NCBI GenBank assembly: GCA_005883075.1
Contig: VBAX01000050.1
Span: forward strand, 3,226 to 64,462
Source of the DNA: Candidatus Bathyarchaeota archaeon
Lineage (GTDB): Archaea; Thermoproteota; Bathyarchaeia; 40CM-2-53-6
Direction of reading: 5' to 3'
DNA length: 61,237 nt
Shown: positions 58,012 through 61,237 of the stretch, piece after piece
Layout of the letters: the number at the start of each line of letters is the position of its first letter
Numbering within the stretch: position 1 is the stretch's first letter
Program-made: the position numbers and the translations under genes
The notes under the pieces: model-generated
Database searches by the model: none
Seen by the model: the letters and a program-made list of their open reading frames with translations, nothing else
What the model was told of the DNA's origin: nothing

Positions 58012-59319
58012 ACCAATATGGTCTAGCCTAGCAACGAAATAACCAGCTGTTTTATCCCTATGAGGATAGAACCGTCGACAACTAGTTTGGCCCCAGAGCC
58101 CTGGTGAGCCATAGTCCTCTAAGACTGGATGAGTCTCGAAGTCTGGGTGTGCGGATAGAAATCTCGATATCAGAAATTCATTCTCTTCGAGCGTCAGACT
58201 ACAAGTGCAGTACAGGATGCGGCCCCCCGGACGCGTGTACTTCGACGATTCTTCAAGCATTCTAGATTGGAGGATCGAGAACTTCTGAAGGAGTTTCGAA
58301 GAGAGGTGCCATTTCATCCTTGGATTTCGATCCAAAATGCCTGTTCCGGTGCAGGGCGGGTCGACAATCACTAGATCGAATTGCCCGGTGAGGCCTAGCT
58401 TCGACGCGTCTCCGATCAGAGGCGAGGCGGTGTTAACCCCAAGTCTTACCGTCTCCGTCCTCCACGACTCCATCCTGTTCTTGGAATAGTCGACCGAAAT
58501 GATTCTTCCCCGATTCTTCATCAACTGGGCCACCGTAGCGGTCTTGCCGCCGGGGGCGGAACAAAGATCCAGAACACTCTCCCCAGGAGCAGGGTCTGCT
58601 GCCTTGACTGCTAAGTAGGAGGCCAAGTCTTGGACTTGGAATAGTCCGGTCTCGAAATAATTCGCAAGTATCGAGGGTGGCCCGGTCAATAAGTAGGTGC
58701 CGGAATCAGTCTCGACAAGCGGCGCCGAGCTCTTCTTCAATTCAAGGGGAAGGCTGGTTCGTCCACGATTTCTCAAAGGATTGACGCGAAGGTATCGATG
58801 ACGCGCAGGTGGAGAGAGAATCTTGAGACCTGTTTCTCTACCGAAGTGGTAGAAGCAATACGAGACCCACCATGGCGGATTGTGAGTTTGGATGCCCACC
58901 TGATCTATCTCGCTCATATCGCTGGAAGTATTGTGGAGCGTACCTGCTACCAGCGACCCAAGTAACTGTTCGAGGCTTGGGCCTTCGCGCTCGGAGGATA
59001 TTCTTCGCAGGGCCCTGATAAGATCAGTTCTTGCATCAGTATGGTCTGCGAGCATAATGTAGGCGGTGAGGTGGAAGAGAGCGAGGCTCCTTTTGTCAAA
59101 TTTCTCACCTGGAAATATCGTCTCGACCGCTCCGTTCAGAGAGTCAAGTCTCGAAACCGTATCAATCACCAGTTTAAGCGCTAAAGATTTCTCACGTTGG
59201 AAAGAAGGAGCTGCACTAGCGATTCTTGACACTGCGGACCTTTCACTTTTTCCCTGTGATACAAGAAGCAGGGCCTCACGCGCCAGCCGCAGCCTCTCCA
59301 CAAGATTCGATCCGGACAT
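58006..59319 (-). CDS. RsmB/NOP2-family RNA m5C methyltransferase
   Basis: QDLAS, DLCSAPGGK, DPPCTG and YCTCSL..ENE motifs. Confidence 0.92.
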   Translation of the reverse strand: MSGSNLVERLRLAREALLLVSQGKSERSAVSRIASAAPSFQREKSLALKLVIDTVSRLDSLNGAVETIFPGEKFDKRSLALFHLTAYIMLADHTDARTDLIRALRRISSEREGPSLEQLLGSLVAGTLHNTSSDMSEIDQVGIQTHNPPWWVSYCFYHFGRETGLKILSPPARHRYLRVNPLRNRGRTSLPLELKKSSAPLVETDSGTYLLTGPPSILANYFETGLFQVQDLASYLAVKAADPAPGESVLDLCSAPGGKTATVAQLMKNRGRIISVDYSKNRMESWRTETVRLGVNTASPLIGDASKLGLTGQFDLVIVDPPCTGTGILDRNPRMKWHLSSKLLQKFSILQSRMLEESSKYTRPGGRILYCTCSLTLEENEFLISRFLSAHPDFETHPVLEDYGSPGLWGQTSCRRFYPHRDKTAGYFVARLDHIGL

Positions 59320-59377
59320 TTCTCGACTCCCTACGGGGAACCTTTTTACCGATAAGCCCTTCCGGCTTTGGCTCTAC

Positions 59378-61237
59378 ATGATGTCCAGCCTTGACCAATA
59401 CCTAACAAAGCCACAACCCGAGGCTCCAAAGCCCAAGGCTCCAACGAAGCCGCAACTCGGGTTCAAGGCAAGTACACCGAGGGACATGACTCAGTCATAT
59501 TTTGTCGGAGCTGGATACGATGGCGAGAGAAGAGCAGTTTTCCTCAAATTATACGATCCTCAAACCGAGAAGATACAATTCTGGTACGATAACACGGGCC
59601 ACACGCCATATTGCCTTTCCAAGGACACGCCTGACAATCTCAAGAAAAACAAGGAACTGATGAGTCATCCGGGACTCTTAGGGCTCGAACCTGCGAGACG
59701 CTTCGACGCCCTCGAAGGGAAAGATATTCCTGTGACTATCGTGCTTGCGAGAGACCCGCTTTCCATAGGTGGACGACCCAGTGGGTGCATCAGAGACATA
59801 ATCACCGCTTGGGAGGCTGACATAAGGTACGTTGAGAACTACATTTACGATAGACATCTTGAGCCTGGAATGTCCTACAACATACAACAAGGCGATCTAA
59901 AACCAGGAACCTCAGCACAGGTTCCCGCTGTCAAGGAAGCAATCGAAGAAAAAGACGAAGACTACCGTGGACTAATGGAAAGATGGCTGCGCCTTCTTGA
60001 ATACCCAGTTCCAAACTTCAGACGAGTAGCACTCGACATCGAAGTCTACTCCCCGATAGAAACAAGAGTCCCCGACCCAACAACTGCAGAATACAAAGTC
60101 ATCTGCGCAAGCCTCTGCGGATCCGACGACACAAAGAAAGTGCTCTTACTCAAGCAACCCGGCACAGAAACCGTGGAACTTCCAGGAATAGAAGTCGAGG
60201 TGTACGACTCAGAACCAGAACTCGTTTCAGCAATATTCACCGCCCTGAACGACTACCCGTTTGTCCTGACCTTCAACGGTGACGACTTCGACCTCCGATA
60301 CTTGTTCCATCGCGCGCTAAGACACCTCGGCTTTTACCGAGACCAGATACCAATAGAGCTAGGAAGAGAATCCGCCACCGTCAAGTACGGAGTACACCTG
60401 GACCTCTACAAGTTCTTTTTCAACAGATCCATCCAAGTCTACGCCTTTAGCAATAAATACAGAGAGGTCACTCTAGACGCCGTTTCCGAGGCACTTCTCG
60501 AAACCGGAAAGCTCGATATTTCGGCATCGGTATCGCGATTAAGCCCAGCAGAACTAGCAGCATACTGCTACCAAGACGCTGAACTCGTCATGAATCTAAC
60601 GAGTTTCGATGGAGAAGTAGTTATGAAACTGATCACTGCACTCTCTAGAATAAGTTTCCTCCCCATGGAGGACATGTCTCGCCAAGGTGTCTCGGGCTGG
60701 ATTAGAAGCATGCTGTTCCGCGAACATCGGGCTCGAGGTTTTCTCATTCCACGATCAGAAGAAATCACCGCCAAAAAAGGATCGACTAGTACAACTGCAG
60801 TGATCAAGGGCAAAAAGTACAAGGGTGGAATGGTCGTCGACCCAGTTCCAGGTGTACACTTCGATGTTGCCGTGCTCGACTTCGCTTCGCTATACCCATC
60901 TATAATCAAAACATGGAACCTCGGCTACGAGACGATTCTTTGTGGACACGCTGATTGCCGAACCAACAAGATCCCCGACACAGACCATTGGGTCTGCAGA
61001 CATAGAAAGGCAATGGAAAGTCAACTAGTAGGGTCCCTTCGGGATCTCAGAATACATTGGTACAAACCCAGAGCCAAAGACAAAGGACTCTCGCCGGAGA
61101 AGCTTACCTGGTACCAGGTTGTACAAAACGCCCTCAAAGTAGTACTCAACGCAAGCTACGGGGTCTTCGGGTCAGATAGGTTCTCTTTGTATTGTCCTCC
61201 CCTCGCAGAGTCAACTGCGGCTGTTGGAAGATACGCG
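59378..61237 (+). CDS. polB1: Family B DNA polymerase (PolB1 type), 3'-truncated by the window edge
   Basis: Not in the track. My translation shows YDNTGHTPYC, LDIEV, FNGDDFD, YCYQDA, DFASLYPSII and KVVLNASYGVFG. Confidence 0.95.
   Translation, partial: MMSSLDQYLTKPQPEAPKPKAPTKPQLGFKASTPRDMTQSYFVGAGYDGERRAVFLKLYDPQTEKIQFWYDNTGHTPYCLSKDTPDNLKKNKELMSHPGLLGLEPARRFDALEGKDIPVTIVLARDPLSIGGRPSGCIRDIITAWEADIRYVENYIYDRHLEPGMSYNIQQGDLKPGTSAQVPAVKEAIEEKDEDYRGLMERWLRLLEYPVPNFRRVALDIEVYSPIETRVPDPTTAEYKVICASLCGSDDTKKVLLLKQPGTETVELPGIEVEVYDSEPELVSAIFTALNDYPFVLTFNGDDFDLRYLFHRALRHLGFYRDQIPIELGRESATVKYGVHLDLYKFFFNRSIQVYAFSNKYREVTLDAVSEALLETGKLDISASVSRLSPAELAAYCYQDAELVMNLTSFDGEVVMKLITALSRISFLPMEDMSRQGVSGWIRSMLFREHRARGFLIPRSEEITAKKGSTSTTAVIKGKKYKGGMVVDPVPGVHFDVAVLDFASLYPSIIKTWNLGYETILCGHADCRTNKIPDTDHWVCRHRKAMESQLVGSLRDLRIHWYKPRAKDKGLSPEKLTWYQVVQNALKVVLNASYGVFGSDRFSLYCPPLAESTAAVGRYA

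Noticed and set aside
1-61237. CRISPR arrays, rRNA genes, SRP/RNase P RNA, transposases
   Set aside because: I saw no regularly spaced direct repeats or recognisable conserved motifs by eye; a formal scan was not possible.

Overview
This is a 61.2-kb gene-dense chromosomal segment from a TACK-superphylum archaeon. Ribosomal protein S26e, PolB1, topoisomerase VI, TFB and archaeal-type ThrRS/ProRS point to TACK; Bathyarchaeia-like is my inference. Most genes are housekeeping: an acyl-CoA carboxyltransferase with birA, aminoacyl-tRNA synthetases, the rio1-KH-top6B-top6A cluster, archaeal CoA biosynthesis (pok, pps, panB, panE, coaD), nucleotide-sugar/glycosylation genes, tfb, aIF1, lig, topA, speB, apgM and polB1. 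I saw no CRISPR array, rRNA or transposase. The most interesting non-routine signals are: (1) a ~200-aa catalytic-domain-only tyrosine recombinase with an 11-6-11 dif-like inverted repeat about 120 bp upstream; (2) a diverged ~215-bp non-coding element in three intergenic copies; (3) tRNA-Gln(CUG) with two introns whose BHB motifs compete for the same nucleotides; (4) a divergent nucleotidyltransferase/metallophosphoesterase pair beside an APC permease; (5) a catalytically dead nucleotide-sugar dehydrogenase paralog facing an intact copy; (6) topA and birA apparently needing ATT and CTG starts; (7) an uncalled 48-aa Lys/Ala-rich miniprotein; (8) a PriS-like gene coupled to DNA ligase. All family calls come from motif recognition by eye; no database searches were run.
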